Shown: positions 38,098 through 48,265, numbered from the stretch's first letter. The stretch: 64,000 nt of DNA from an uncultured Desulfospira sp. (GCA_963663165.1 OY760175.1:4992001-5056000); one strand, 5' to 3'. The notes: generated by a model not told the origin, from the sequence alone. Program-made: numbers and translations.

Positions 38098-38661
38098 ATG
38101 GGAAATTTAAATAAGGTCATGCTCATCGGCAGGTTGGGCAGGGATCCGGAGATCCGGTACAGCCAGCAGGGCGCTGCTGTGGTGAATTGTGCCCTGGCCA
38201 CCACGGAATTCTGGAATGATAAAAACAGCGGTGAACGCCAGGAACGGACCGAATGGCACCGGATTGTGATTTTCGGCAAACAGGGGGAAACCTTTGAACG
38301 ATACATGTCCAAAGGCAGCCAGGTCTATGTGGAAGGCAGCCTTCGGACCACTTCCTATGAAAAAGAAGGCCAGACCCATTATTCAACGGATATCGTTGTG
38401 AGTAATTTTCAGTTTCTCGATTCCAAAGGCGGCGGCCAGAGCGGCGGCCAGAGCGGCGGTTATAACCAGGGCGGTGCTTATCCCCAGCAGGGCGGACCTC
38501 AACAGGGCCGACCCCAGCAGGGCGGGGGCGGATATCCCCAGCAAAACGGCGGACCGGCTCCCAATTCCAATAACTTTCAGGGGCACACCAGCCCGGGCAT
38601 GGCCCCGGACCAGGGGTTTAACGGCGGCAGCGCCATTCCCGATGACGATATCCCGTTTTAA
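38098..38661 (+). CDS. ssb: Single-stranded DNA-binding protein
   Basis: NKVMLIGRLGRDPE, TEWHRIV, KGSQVYVEG, Gly/Gln linker, DDDIPF tail. Confidence 0.97.
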   Translation: MGNLNKVMLIGRLGRDPEIRYSQQGAAVVNCALATTEFWNDKNSGERQERTEWHRIVIFGKQGETFERYMSKGSQVYVEGSLRTTSYEKEGQTHYSTDIVVSNFQFLDSKGGGQSGGQSGGYNQGGAYPQQGGPQQGRPQQGGGGYPQQNGGPAPNSNNFQGHTSPGMAPDQGFNGGSAIPDDDIPF

Positions 38662-38668
38662 GCTGAAT

Positions 38669-38858
38669 CGTTGCCCGGACAAATACCCATGTCTGGATGG
38701 CTCGTTAGAGGAGCTTTAGCTCACAAAGCGGCCAGAGGCAAGGCGTAACCTAAATAAAGGTCAGAAACCAGAAAAAGTATGGCAGCCGGAGCAACCTTTT
38801 GGTTGTGGGGATTGCCATTTTTCTGAAGCAAAGCAGATGGGTGACTTTTCGTTTAAAC
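38669..38858 (+). repeat. MITE-like repeat family B, long copy
   Basis: Contains GCAAGGCG and ends GCAGATGGGTGACTTTTCGTTTAAAC, similar to 22-47; left boundary approximate. Confidence 0.5.
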
Positions 38859-38863
38859 ACGAA

Positions 38864-38957
38864 TTAATCCCTGGGGCGTTCCTTACGCCAGCCCCTGGGA
38901 CTTTGATAATGCCGGCCCAGGACCACATGCCTGCGCCGGCGTTCCGGGTTTTTTTCT
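38864..38957 (-). pseudogene. Displaced, frameshifted 3' fragment of thermonuclease gene
   Basis: Encodes RNAGAGMWS/GRHYQSPRGWR versus RNAGTGMWSQGRRYQSPRIWR of 42902-43001. Confidence 0.85.
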
Positions 38958-38990
38958 CTTCTTGAAAGTACTGACATATTTCGGCTAAGA

Positions 38991-41900
38991 TTAAAACGGG
39001 AATCGAAAATTGATGCTGCCTGTGTGGTTCTTAAAGTCTTTTCGTGCTTCCATACGGTAATGCAGGGCAATTTCGAGGCCGGTTGAATGGTTTAGTTCAT
39101 AGCCTATTCCACCGCGATAAACAATTTCATCCGGACTATTGCCCCGGATCGCAAAAGAAGGCCCGCCTCCAGCATAGCTTGAAATTAGAGAAGATGTGTC
39201 AGCTAAGAAATCGTACCCGATATCGATACGGGCCGTCAGATTTTGATTCGATGCAACCGCATACTTAAGCCCGCCGCCGATGGAGGCTACCAGGCTATCT
39301 GCATCAGTGCCTTCCACTGACAGGTTCAGGCTGTCTGCCCCAGTTTCCTCATATCCCTCGACATCCAGGTAAATGTATTGGATTTTCAAAGATGTTGAAA
39401 GGGAAAGTTTTTCGTCTAAGGCCCAGGTCTTTATCAACTCACCGTCTAAAAGGGCATGTAGAGAATCATATTTGGCAGAAGCAATCCGGTTAATGTTACC
39501 AAAAAGAATATTTCTGTCCGATTCATTGGTGTTGAATCCAAGGGCTCCAATGAGATTCAATGTGAGTGTGTCTGTTATTTCGTTATTTGTGTACAGTGTG
39601 GCCTGCCAGGTTTTTACATCCTGAGTATGGGTTGCAATTGAAGAATCGCTATTGATATCGGATGTCCCGTAAGATAAGGCGGCACCAATTTGCAAGTTGG
39701 GATGGACCCGTCCATCCACGCCGATAACAAGTCCATAAGTATCGGCCGTATAACCGTCTATGCCATTGCGTTTATCCTGCTCTGTTCTCGAATAATAAGG
39801 CTTAATCCAGGCCATCCGGTCTTCAAAAACGGCATCTCCTGCGGACATGCCCCTGAAACCGGCCATACGGCTGCCGACCACCTGGACTGCACCGTTGACG
39901 GCCAGATCAAAGCCAATTTGATTTCCGGCCCCAGCCAATACCGGCACTATCTGGGCCACTGCCCGGCCTACCTGATTATTGGTGCCAAGGGCACTGAGTT
40001 CATTGAGAACAGTCTGCATATCGCCATTGGTTGTGCCGGTTTGAAAAAGATGATCCAGAACCCCTGCCGCTCCAGAGGCCAGTGGGCTGAAAACGGAACT
40101 GCTGCCTGAGACTGCTTCTGTGCAGGTCAGATGGCTTTTATAAATTAAATCGATGGCATTGTTATTAATGTAAGGGACAAACCTCCACATGGCACTATTA
40201 TAATTCACCGTAATTTCGTCAGAATCAGCAATTAGAATTCCTGCAGAAACGACATCCTGAAGAACATCATTTGCCTTTAGGGTGTTATCAGAGGACAATT
40301 CAACAGTCAGAGTGTTTGAATCACTGAAATCAGCTGTGCCGGTGACCACCAGTTTACCATAGTCGGCAATACCGCATGCTTCCAGCACAAGAGAGCCGTT
40401 TTCGGTCTGGGAATAATTGCCTTCGATCCTGCCGGTTTGTCCGCCGGTAACCGTCAGAACAGAATTATTGACAAAATAATTGCTATGGTTATCAGTATTG
40501 GCTGCATGGTTTAAGAAAGATGAGCCGGAATTCAGGGATAGTGTCCCGTTTAAAAAAACTTCAGAGCCTGTGTGGGTATGGACGCCGGCCAGAGAATAGG
40601 TGCTTCCCTGACCAATATATATGGTGCCGTCTGTGGACATGGCCCGGGTGACATTCAGATTGGCAGCAGCGTCTGCAATGGCGGCAAGACTTGTCGTGTC
40701 GCCGAACCCCTCCGGTACGCTTACCCCGTCAAATGTAAGTCCGCCGATGAAAAGATTTCTAAATTCGTTAGAGGTGCCGCTCAAGGTCGTCGATCCGCCG
40801 GCAAAATATCCGTCCCAACTGCCGTCTGACGAAGATGTAATACTGCCCCCCAAAGTGAGGGTAAAATTGGGGTCTACAGCCGTCATGTTCGCAGTTCCGT
40901 CCCTGTTTTTCGCATAACCGAATGTCAGGTGAGCGGTCCTTCCCGATGTCAGGTGAGCGGCCCATCCTGCACCGCTGTTGTGGATATCCCCGGCAATGTC
41001 AACCCCGTTGAGGAGGTGAAATACATTTTCTCCGGACGGTTGGTCGGAATCTCCCCCCGGCCCTATAAGATTATACATGGATTGGGAATGCAGGGCATAA
41101 GATCCTGACCCGGATGCTGAAATCCAACCTGACAGATGGACAGAATTTCCCCCGTATTCCAAATTGATCCCGTCTGCCCCGTCACCTGCGGCTGAAACAA
41201 TTCCTGAAATATTTAAAAAATTGTCACTGCTGGTAAAGATTCCGTGGGCTTCGGTTCCCGATGTGGAGACGGTACCGGACATGAGCAGATTGGTTCCGTA
41301 AACTATAATGCCATAGGATTGCGTACCAGAAGTCTGAATCGTTCCTGACACATCAGCACCTTCGCCAGGATTGAGGCCTGGATTTTGATAACCAGTGGTG
41401 GAGATGGTGCCGGACATGTCAAGATGTCCGGAAGCCTCTATGCAGGTCCCGTTATCGCCGGCACTGGAAACAATTCCGGATATGTTCAAATTACTGCTTC
41501 CCTCATCATGGATTCCCGTGTTGCCCAAAGATAAAACGGAACCGGAAATGTTGACCGTGTCCAGATAGGCGGTATGAATGTATCCGTTGACGGTTCCTGA
41601 AACGTTCAGCATGTCTGCGTAATACACCCCAATGCTCATCCCTGTGGAGTTTTTGGTATTCACAGTGCCGGAAATGTCTATAGTATTGCCGCCGTAATTA
41701 TAGATGCCGGGAGACGTCTCTCCGGATGTGGTGATGGTGCCGGACATATTGATATTTGTCCCGTACCCTGTATATAAGCCGTGCGCGTTTTCTCCAGCAG
41801 TCGTAATGGTGCCCGAGACGTTGATGTTATTTCCCGACACGGCAATAATTGCGTCTGCATATTTTCCCTGGGTGGTAATACTGCCGGTCAGGTTTATGTG

Positions 41901-42623
41901 GTTGTCATCGTAAGCATAGATTCCACTGGCACCTTTGGCCTGAGTTGAGATGTTGCCTGTAATGTCAATGCTGTTATCTGACTGGATGATAACGGCGTCG
42001 GACGCTGAACCGATGGCCTTTATTTCGCCGGATAGGCTTAATGTATTGCCCTCGTTGAGATAAACCCCCTGGGCACCGTCTCCGGTAATGTCGACCAAGC
42101 CTGATATGTCGATCTGGTTGTTGTTGTTGGCCTTGATTCCGAACAAAAAAGGCTGAGAGGGTCCGATAACGACCAAGTCATCTCCATATACAGGGATTCC
42201 CGAGCTTGGACGGTCAAATACATCCCCGATACCTTCCCCGGAAATATTGATAGTGCCGGCAAGGTTGATGGTAGAGTTGTTGCTTACCTGGATACCCATG
42301 GCGCCACTGCCCGAAGTGGAAATGGTTCCTGACACATTGATGTCGTTGTTGCTGCTTCCATAAACACCGCAATTTCCCGCCCCGGTTGTAGTGATCGATC
42401 CCCCAGCCTCAATGGTCAACGCCTCTCCCTGTGTAATGGGCCAGGGATTGGCAGGGTAAGTGGTACTGCCGTTGGTGCCTAAAGCCGCATCTGAAATGAC
42501 TAGGTCAGCCCGGATTGGAACAGGGGCAAGGAACAAAAGACAAATGATTAGACATAGCCTGGTACAAGTGGACAGTGGAAGTGACATTCTGAGTTGATTT
42601 ATGACTGGATCCGGTAAAAACAT
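38991..42623 (-). CDS. Autotransporter (type Va) with repetitive beta-helical passenger
   Basis: Signal peptide, ~24-aa ISG.IST.G..A.GI repeats, C-terminal barrel (W.KPY, GY.ADTYG...G.DG, ends RFPF); AAGGAG RBS. Confidence 0.9.
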   Translation of the reverse strand: MFLPDPVINQLRMSLPLSTCTRLCLIICLLFLAPVPIRADLVISDAALGTNGSTTYPANPWPITQGEALTIEAGGSITTTGAGNCGVYGSSNNDINVSGTISTSGSGAMGIQVSNNSTINLAGTINISGEGIGDVFDRPSSGIPVYGDDLVVIGPSQPFLFGIKANNNNQIDISGLVDITGDGAQGVYLNEGNTLSLSGEIKAIGSASDAVIIQSDNSIDITGNISTQAKGASGIYAYDDNHINLTGSITTQGKYADAIIAVSGNNINVSGTITTAGENAHGLYTGYGTNINMSGTITTSGETSPGIYNYGGNTIDISGTVNTKNSTGMSIGVYYADMLNVSGTVNGYIHTAYLDTVNISGSVLSLGNTGIHDEGSSNLNISGIVSSAGDNGTCIEASGHLDMSGTISTTGYQNPGLNPGEGADVSGTIQTSGTQSYGIIVYGTNLLMSGTVSTSGTEAHGIFTSSDNFLNISGIVSAAGDGADGINLEYGGNSVHLSGWISASGSGSYALHSQSMYNLIGPGGDSDQPSGENVFHLLNGVDIAGDIHNSGAGWAAHLTSGRTAHLTFGYAKNRDGTANMTAVDPNFTLTLGGSITSSSDGSWDGYFAGGSTTLSGTSNEFRNLFIGGLTFDGVSVPEGFGDTTSLAAIADAAANLNVTRAMSTDGTIYIGQGSTYSLAGVHTHTGSEVFLNGTLSLNSGSSFLNHAANTDNHSNYFVNNSVLTVTGGQTGRIEGNYSQTENGSLVLEACGIADYGKLVVTGTADFSDSNTLTVELSSDNTLKANDVLQDVVSAGILIADSDEITVNYNSAMWRFVPYINNNAIDLIYKSHLTCTEAVSGSSSVFSPLASGAAGVLDHLFQTGTTNGDMQTVLNELSALGTNNQVGRAVAQIVPVLAGAGNQIGFDLAVNGAVQVVGSRMAGFRGMSAGDAVFEDRMAWIKPYYSRTEQDKRNGIDGYTADTYGLVIGVDGRVHPNLQIGAALSYGTSDINSDSSIATHTQDVKTWQATLYTNNEITDTLTLNLIGALGFNTNESDRNILFGNINRIASAKYDSLHALLDGELIKTWALDEKLSLSTSLKIQYIYLDVEGYEETGADSLNLSVEGTDADSLVASIGGGLKYAVASNQNLTARIDIGYDFLADTSSLISSYAGGGPSFAIRGNSPDEIVYRGGIGYELNHSTGLEIALHYRMEARKDFKNHTGSINFRFPF

Positions 42624-42721
42624 TTTTTCTCCTTCAAAAAGAACAATTCAAGGGAACTCTCATGAACAACAGCTATACAGGAACAACAGTTACATAGGCC
42701 AACCCGGATATTTCACAAAGT

Positions 42722-42810
42722 GCTTTTGCCCCATATGCAAGGCACAGTCGGGAAAATTGTAGTGACTTTACCGCCACCGGACCGTAACGCAGCAGATCAG
42801 GCCTAAAAGC
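42722..42810 (+). repeat. Possible diverged MITE-like family B relative
   Basis: gcttttgccccatatGCAAGGCAC...AACGCAGCAGAT..aaaagc with imperfect terminal inverted repeat. Confidence 0.4.
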
Positions 42811-42901
42811 TTCTCCCAGGGGACAGCTTTTCGGAATTTTTTCGATAATAAACACAACCTCCCATAACAAAATTATTTGAAAAAGTCATGAGAAATCTAA
42901 G

Positions 42902-43546
42902 CTAATTTTTTCTGGGGTGACTTATTCGCCAAATCCGGGGACTCTGATAACGCCGGCCCTGGGACCACATGCCTGTGCCAGCGTTTCTGGCTTTTTTTTC
43001 TGCCTGAACGTATGGTTTCGAATTCAGGGTTTTGGGCTTTTTCCCCTGATAGACTTCGGCTAAGCCCGCCTTCACCATTTCCAGGTTAACATTAATGCCC
43101 TCGCAGAAAACCTCAGCCAGAACCCGGTTATAGCCACCGAGTCCATGGCTTTTGAGGAAAACCTGTTTTCCGTCCGTCAACCGGGATAAGAGGTTTTTGG
43201 CCTTCTGGCTGAAAGGCTGCCCTTCCTGTCCCCCATATCCGGTTTCAGGGGCATCAATCCCCACCAGGCGGATTTTTAATTTCAGCCCGGCCCCCTGCAC
43301 CAGAATGGTATCCCCGTCATACACCTTGACCACAGCAAACCGGCTTCCCTGTTGTGAGGCCCGGGTGACCTTTTCGCTGATCTCCTCGGTAACCTGATCC
43401 GGCATAACGCCTAATGGCGCCCCGGTATTGGAATAATGCCTGATCCCATCATCATCGGTCCAGGAATATACTTTTCCGGCTGTTGCCGTGGCCGGGCCGC
43501 CGAAAATGACCATGCAAAGGAAAAAGCCTGAAAAAAAACCTTTCAT
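42902..43546 (-). CDS. Exported thermonuclease (SNase) with N-terminal DUF4124-like domain
   Basis: VYSWTDDDG..HYSN; VYDGDT, IRLVGIDAPE, Y.R.LA.V, VN..MV..GLA, AR...GMW. Confidence 0.9.
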   Translation of the reverse strand: MKGFFSGFFLCMVIFGGPATATAGKVYSWTDDDGIRHYSNTGAPLGVMPDQVTEEISEKVTRASQQGSRFAVVKVYDGDTILVQGAGLKLKIRLVGIDAPETGYGGQEGQPFSQKAKNLLSRLTDGKQVFLKSHGLGGYNRVLAEVFCEGINVNLEMVKAGLAEVYQGKKPKTLNSKPYVQAEKKARNAGTGMWSQGRRYQSPRIWRISHPRKN

Positions 43547-43603
43547 AGTTTCTCTCCTAAGATGAGAGAAACTATAAAGGCTTCACGCTTTTCGGGCAAG
43601 GCC

Positions 43604-43630
43604 CGGGACAAAAATAAACTTTTTGTCCCG
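43604..43630 (-). terminator. Hairpin downstream of TonB receptor 1
   Basis: cgggacaaaaa-taaac-tttttgtcccg. Confidence 0.5.
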
Positions 43631-43652
43631 AAAATTTGATTTTCAAATCCGC

Positions 43653-45140
43653 TTAAAACGAAACATTTAAACCGATAAGCATATTGAATCCCGGAAACGG
43701 GTAGAATGTTTCACTGCCGGGATCACCATCGCCGGTGCCAACAACGCTCTGATCAAAAATGTTGTTCGCCGCTGCATAGAACTCAACCCGGCCGAATGTT
43801 TTTGCATACCGGGCATTTAAGACCCAATCGCCATCTTCTTCATTGGTGTTGGCATAGTTGAAATAGCGCTTGCCCGTATACACCGGATTAATTGAAATAT
43901 CGCCCAAAGTTTCGTGTCTATAGCCCAGCTTCAAGGCAAACATCATTTCCGGTATACCGGTCAGGTAATTTCCGGAATAATCCACGCCCCCGCTGATAAA
44001 CTCATCAAACTTAGACTCCTGCCAGGTGAAGCTGGCCGAAGCGTAAAAACCATGGGGCAACCTGGCATTGGCCCCCATTTCCACACCTGTGGTGCTGGTC
44101 TCTCCTGCGTTTTCATATTGTCCGGTCCAAAAGTTCGCAGTGGGCCTGACAAACTTATCGGTTACGTTTTGCCAGAAAACAGCCAGATTGTAGTCCAGCC
44201 AATGGGAAATATTGCCGCGAACACCGACTTCATAGGAATAGAGCTTTTCCGGGTTCAAATCACCATTGGTAAACCATTGCCGTAATCTTACCGGGCTTTT
44301 CATGCCGGTGTTAAATCCTGCAAACAGGTTTACTTCATCACACAATTGGTAGGTGAGGCCGATCTTGGGGCTCAAGGCGTTGTGTTTTGAAGACCAGGTG
44401 CTGGAACTTGCCATATTGGCTTCTTGCTCCAGATCAAAATAGTCGTATCGTATGCCGGCGGTAATGGTGAGGGCATCGGTTATTGCCAACTCATCTTGCA
44501 GATAAGCCGCATAACTGATGTCTTCCCGGGAAAAGTCCTGATTTTTGGCTATCAAGTCATGAAAACTGACGGCTGTATGCCTTATTCCATGAAGATCATG
44601 ATACCGATACTCGGCGCCAATCACCAGCTTGTTTGCCATGCCCCCGATGTCATGGTTAAAGGCCATGCGCACTTCCGGGTGCGCTACTACCGAATCAGCA
44701 CCCATATAATAATAACCGCTAAACATTCTCCAGCTAGTGTCCTGCGCTTCTATTTTGCACATGAATTCATGGGGCCCCAGGTTTTGTTCATATACAAGTG
44801 CGCCCAGGCTTGCTTCGTTTTCGGAATAATAATCAGGGCCGGTGTTCGGATTTTGGGTGGGATCTTCGTTAAATTGTTCCCGGGTCATGCCTGCCGTGTA
44901 ATTTCCTTTTGAATCCGTGTATGAACCATGAAAAGCAAGGGTGGAATTATTGTTCAGGGACCGCTTCACCGTGGTGTATACATTATTGATATCAAAATAC
45001 CCCCCGTCCTGATAAGAATCTTCGCGTGTTAAGGAGGCGTCAAGGTAGTATTCCCAATTCTCATTAGAACCATTGATCACGCTATAGGCATTGCCGCTCC
45101 CAAGGCTTGTATAGGCGACTCCGGCCTTGGCTTCCAGGGG
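43653..45140 (-). pseudogene. TonB-dependent receptor 1, C-terminal (barrel) part, IS-interrupted
   Basis: LQDE, TAGIRYD, SPKIG, L.PE..SYEVG, NNIFD, terminal Phe; joins in frame with 47614-48165 after IS removal. Confidence 0.9.
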
Positions 45141-45154
45141 GGGTGCATTCCCAT

Positions 45155-46555
45155 TTAGTGGCCTAAGCAAAGTGACCGAATTTGTATGAAGATATTGTCA
45201 GTCAAGATGTTCCACCTCCCGGAAAGGAGCTGACTCCTTAAGAACAACATTGATTCGGATGTTTCCGGTTTCCAGAATATACCCGGTGATTTCATTCTGA
45301 GATTTATAACCCGACGTATTGCACTTTCAACACAGCCGCTGCCAGTAGGTATTTTCAGGCTGCAGAACTGGCGATACTGCATTCTGTTTCGATTTTTCAC
45401 GAAGTAACTTTTAAATTTGGATAGTGCTTCTATGCGCCTTTTAGGGTACGTAATGTGTTTTACAATTTCTTTTCTAAGGTCTTTGAATCTGCCATCCCAA
45501 AGGAGGTTCTTCCAAGATTCTGCTATCCGGTTTCTTTCTTTTATAGGGATTCTCTTTGGCAATTTGTCCACGATTTCATGTAAATTCTGTTTTGCATGGG
45601 TGTAGTCGATTACCTCATAATAGGATTCGATTTCAAGCCGTTTGGCCAGCGGGCCTGTTCGCTTCCAATAGCTACGTGCACCGTCACAGCAGAAAACAAC
45701 ACGCTTGGCTTTGGGAATATCTAATTCACGCAAGTAGATCTCAAGAATATCAAAAGCGGCATCAATACCGCCCATTGTGGCATCATAAACCGGCAAGTGT
45801 TTTTTGGATATTGTGCCGTCCGGATCGACAATATGTATGACAAACTGAATGGGTTCTTTCCATTCAGCATGATATCCCTGCCGCTTTTGGCCTTTTGATT
45901 TACGTCCCCGTTTTGGCCTCCGTTCTCGAAGGCGACCGCCGTCGATACAAACCAGAACCGTTTTGCCACCAACGCGATCAGTATCTCCAAAAGATACCCG
46001 GCCACGCAGGGGCATAGCTTCCTGTGCAAGATTCATTGTTATGCGGCGTATGGTTTTGACATTTAAGTTGATTGCATGGTTTTCCAGGGATCTTCGGGCA
46101 ATTTCAAAAGAGGGACAGAGCAATGCTGCATGGACCACCGACGAAGCGAACAGCGTTGAACACCTGCCGATAAAACCAAGGTAATCAAGCCCAAAATGGC
46201 GGCCTGTCCCCTTTTGTCGTTTTTTTGTTTTAGGGCCTGGCCGTTGTTTGGAAACAACTTTTGAAAAGTAAGGGGATCGGATGCTCAGGGTAGTTCCTGT
46301 CAATAATCGAATGCTGCTGGGGCGGTATCCGTTGAAACGCAGTCCCTTTTTACCGGCACCAATTTTCAGTTCAGATAAAAGATCCGGGTCAGACAGTGCC
46401 TTTTCAATGACGGGAACCAGAAATGCTTCCACAATAATGAAGAGGCCGTTCCGTACCTGCTCACACAGGATATTAGCATTTTGATGGTTTTGGAAATCAG
46501 CTACGGCTTTTGTTAGAAGGGTTCGAATATCCCTTATAGTGGAAGCAAGTTTCAT
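45155..46555 (-). CDS. DDE transposase (ISKra4/ISLre2/UPF0236-like)
   Basis: CIDGG, CCDGA..W, DYTHA (DxxH), GSGCVESAIRRVI..RMK..G..W; stop codon inside the TIR. Confidence 0.85.
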   Translation of the reverse strand: MKLASTIRDIRTLLTKAVADFQNHQNANILCEQVRNGLFIIVEAFLVPVIEKALSDPDLLSELKIGAGKKGLRFNGYRPSSIRLLTGTTLSIRSPYFSKVVSKQRPGPKTKKRQKGTGRHFGLDYLGFIGRCSTLFASSVVHAALLCPSFEIARRSLENHAINLNVKTIRRITMNLAQEAMPLRGRVSFGDTDRVGGKTVLVCIDGGRLRERRPKRGRKSKGQKRQGYHAEWKEPIQFVIHIVDPDGTISKKHLPVYDATMGGIDAAFDILEIYLRELDIPKAKRVVFCCDGARSYWKRTGPLAKRLEIESYYEVIDYTHAKQNLHEIVDKLPKRIPIKERNRIAESWKNLLWDGRFKDLRKEIVKHITYPKRRIEALSKFKSYFVKNRNRMQYRQFCSLKIPTGSGCVESAIRRVINLRMKSPGIFWKPETSESMLFLRSQLLSGRWNILTDNIFIQIRSLCLGH

Positions 46556-46612
46556 GATCAGTCCTCGAATTGCAGGTTGAAAAATTACCTGTCATTTCGA
46601 TGACTGAAACCC

Positions 46613-47485
46613 TCAAGGTTGTGTGCATAGCTGCTTTTTATAATTGGAAGTCAACGGGTATACATAGATGTCTTTTATCGGCACCTGAAGTCTGTGGTGC
46701 CTGTCTTGACGGCTTCGCCCTTTGCTTTGACCAATTTTTTGCCAATTTGCCGCCTGGTAGCAAGTTCCGGCAAAGCGTGATCGATCCACGAAAGTTTCTA
46801 CCAGACAGATATCGTGACCATATTTAGCTGTCCAGTCCCGGCTCAGCCGCCTAAGACATGAACCCAGAATATGACTGGCAAGATGGGGAATTCGAATCCA
46901 TGGCAAAATCAAAAATCGGGTATTGTTGGTCGTCATATGCAGGTTCCTGCGACGAGCCGACCTATCCCAACCGATGAATCGGTCACGAGGGGCCGTTTTC
47001 CATGCTGCTGAGCCAAAAAGCAGGCAGGCAACCGGACGAGAATTGCGATCAAAAGCCATATACTTCATATGTTCTCCGACATACCCTTTACACCCAAGGT
47101 AATGATATCGATCCATAAGGCAATGGAATAAATCATCAATATCTCCACGGCCCGATACCGGTATCAATTGTATCGGGCGGATCTTACGCAAAGTGGTTTC
47201 TATCGGCTTACAATCATGGGGGACATCGGGAATACGCCGCTGACGGTTACCGCTATGACGGGCAACGGGAAGTGTGACCATCCCTTTTTGCTCAAGTTTT
47301 CTCAGCATGCTTCGACAGGCCATGTCCTTGAGCAGACCTTTTTCCGTGCGCCAATCCCAGCGAGCACACAATTCTTTGGATAAACGAGTGCGGTGCCAGG
47401 CGGGATTGTCGTTAATCAAATGGCGTATCGTTTGTATATCAACTTCTGAAAATTCACGTCCTTGAATGGTTAAAGTCCTGCTCAT
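46613..47485 (-). CDS. DUF4338 / Druantia DruA-like protein
   Basis: R..LS..LC..W.W, HYLG, RDRFIGW, NNTRFLILPW...HLAS.IL, ETFVD..RF.GTCY.AANW..IG..KGR. Confidence 0.85.
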   Translation of the reverse strand: MSRTLTIQGREFSEVDIQTIRHLINDNPAWHRTRLSKELCARWDWRTEKGLLKDMACRSMLRKLEQKGMVTLPVARHSGNRQRRIPDVPHDCKPIETTLRKIRPIQLIPVSGRGDIDDLFHCLMDRYHYLGCKGYVGEHMKYMAFDRNSRPVACLLFGSAAWKTAPRDRFIGWDRSARRRNLHMTTNNTRFLILPWIRIPHLASHILGSCLRRLSRDWTAKYGHDICLVETFVDRSRFAGTCYQAANWQKIGQSKGRSRQDRHHRLQVPIKDIYVYPLTSNYKKQLCTQP

Positions 47486-47613
47486 GCAAATCTATATAAC
47501 CTTTCATGAGCCAGGAGTCCAGCTTTTTTTGGGAGGGCAGAGTATTCAATGCAGCATGAAAAACGGAAAAATTGGATACATGTCAGTTCATGCCACTAAA
47601 TGGGATTGCACCC

Positions 47614-48165
47614 TTCCAGGGGTTTCTTTGCCTTCCGGGTAATGATGTTGATAACGCCGCCCATGGCCTGGTCTCCATATTCAGCCGATGGGGTTTTGAT
47701 GATCTCAATGCGCTCTATATCATGCACTGCCAGGCGCCCGGGCCTCATGGCGCCATTTCCATTATTGAGTTCTATGCCGTTGATCATCAACCTCATTCCC
47801 CACTGGGTAAGCTCACTGCCCCTGCTGCTCACCGAAATATCGATATCTACAGGACTGTGGGGGAGATACAGTCCCGGTATATTTAATTCCTGCAACAAGG
47901 TGAGCGCGTTGTAATGACCCGGATACTGTTCTATTTCTTCCCGGGAGACGACGCTGACATTGGTGGGTATTTTATCCACCTCGGTGCTCATCTTGGTTGA
48001 GGTGACGATTATATCGCCAAGATCAGTAGTTTTGGAATCTTCTTTATCATCCTGGGCCCACCCGGGCGGACAGGATAAAAGAAAGATCATTAGTGTGATA
48101 AAGGCAAGGTAAAATATTGATATACCAGTGCTGCTTAATTTTTTTTCCTTAACTGCATCAACCAT
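47614..48165 (-). pseudogene. TonB-dependent receptor 1, N-terminal (signal + plug) part
   Basis: Signal peptide, DIIVTS TonB box, IERIEIIK.P...YG..AMGGVINIIT plug motif. Confidence 0.9.
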
Positions 48166-48265
48166 GTTAAATTCCTTTCAGACCGTATCAAGTTGTTTTG
48201 AAATAACATTTTCATTTCAGATAATCATACGGAATAACATATATATGGGCAGTCTTTGACGCGGC

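Larger units (their letters stand above)
45141..47613 (-). mobile_element. 2473-bp insertion sequence, prokaryotic Mutator-like (ISKra4/ISLre2-related), with passenger gene
   Basis: 22-bp TIR gggtgca(t/a)tcccatttagtggc at 45141-45162 and 47592-47613; 9-bp target duplication TTCCAGGGG at 45132-45140 and 47614-47622. Confidence 0.93.

Noticed and set aside
38430..38540. GGCGGCCAGAGC and CAGCAGGGC repeats in ssb
   Set aside because: Ordinary Gly/Gln-rich SSB linker
43653..45170. 505-aa ORF as an independent gene
   Set aside because: Its first residues derive from the IS end and it lacks signal peptide and plug; it is the receptor's 3' fragment
46613..47485. Complete Druantia defence system
   Set aside because: Only a DruA-like gene; no DruE helicase or DruB-D in the window
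48198..48216. Fur box upstream of receptor 1
   Set aside because: TGAAA...TTTCA spacing does not fit a 7-1-7 box and the region is AT-rich; unsupported
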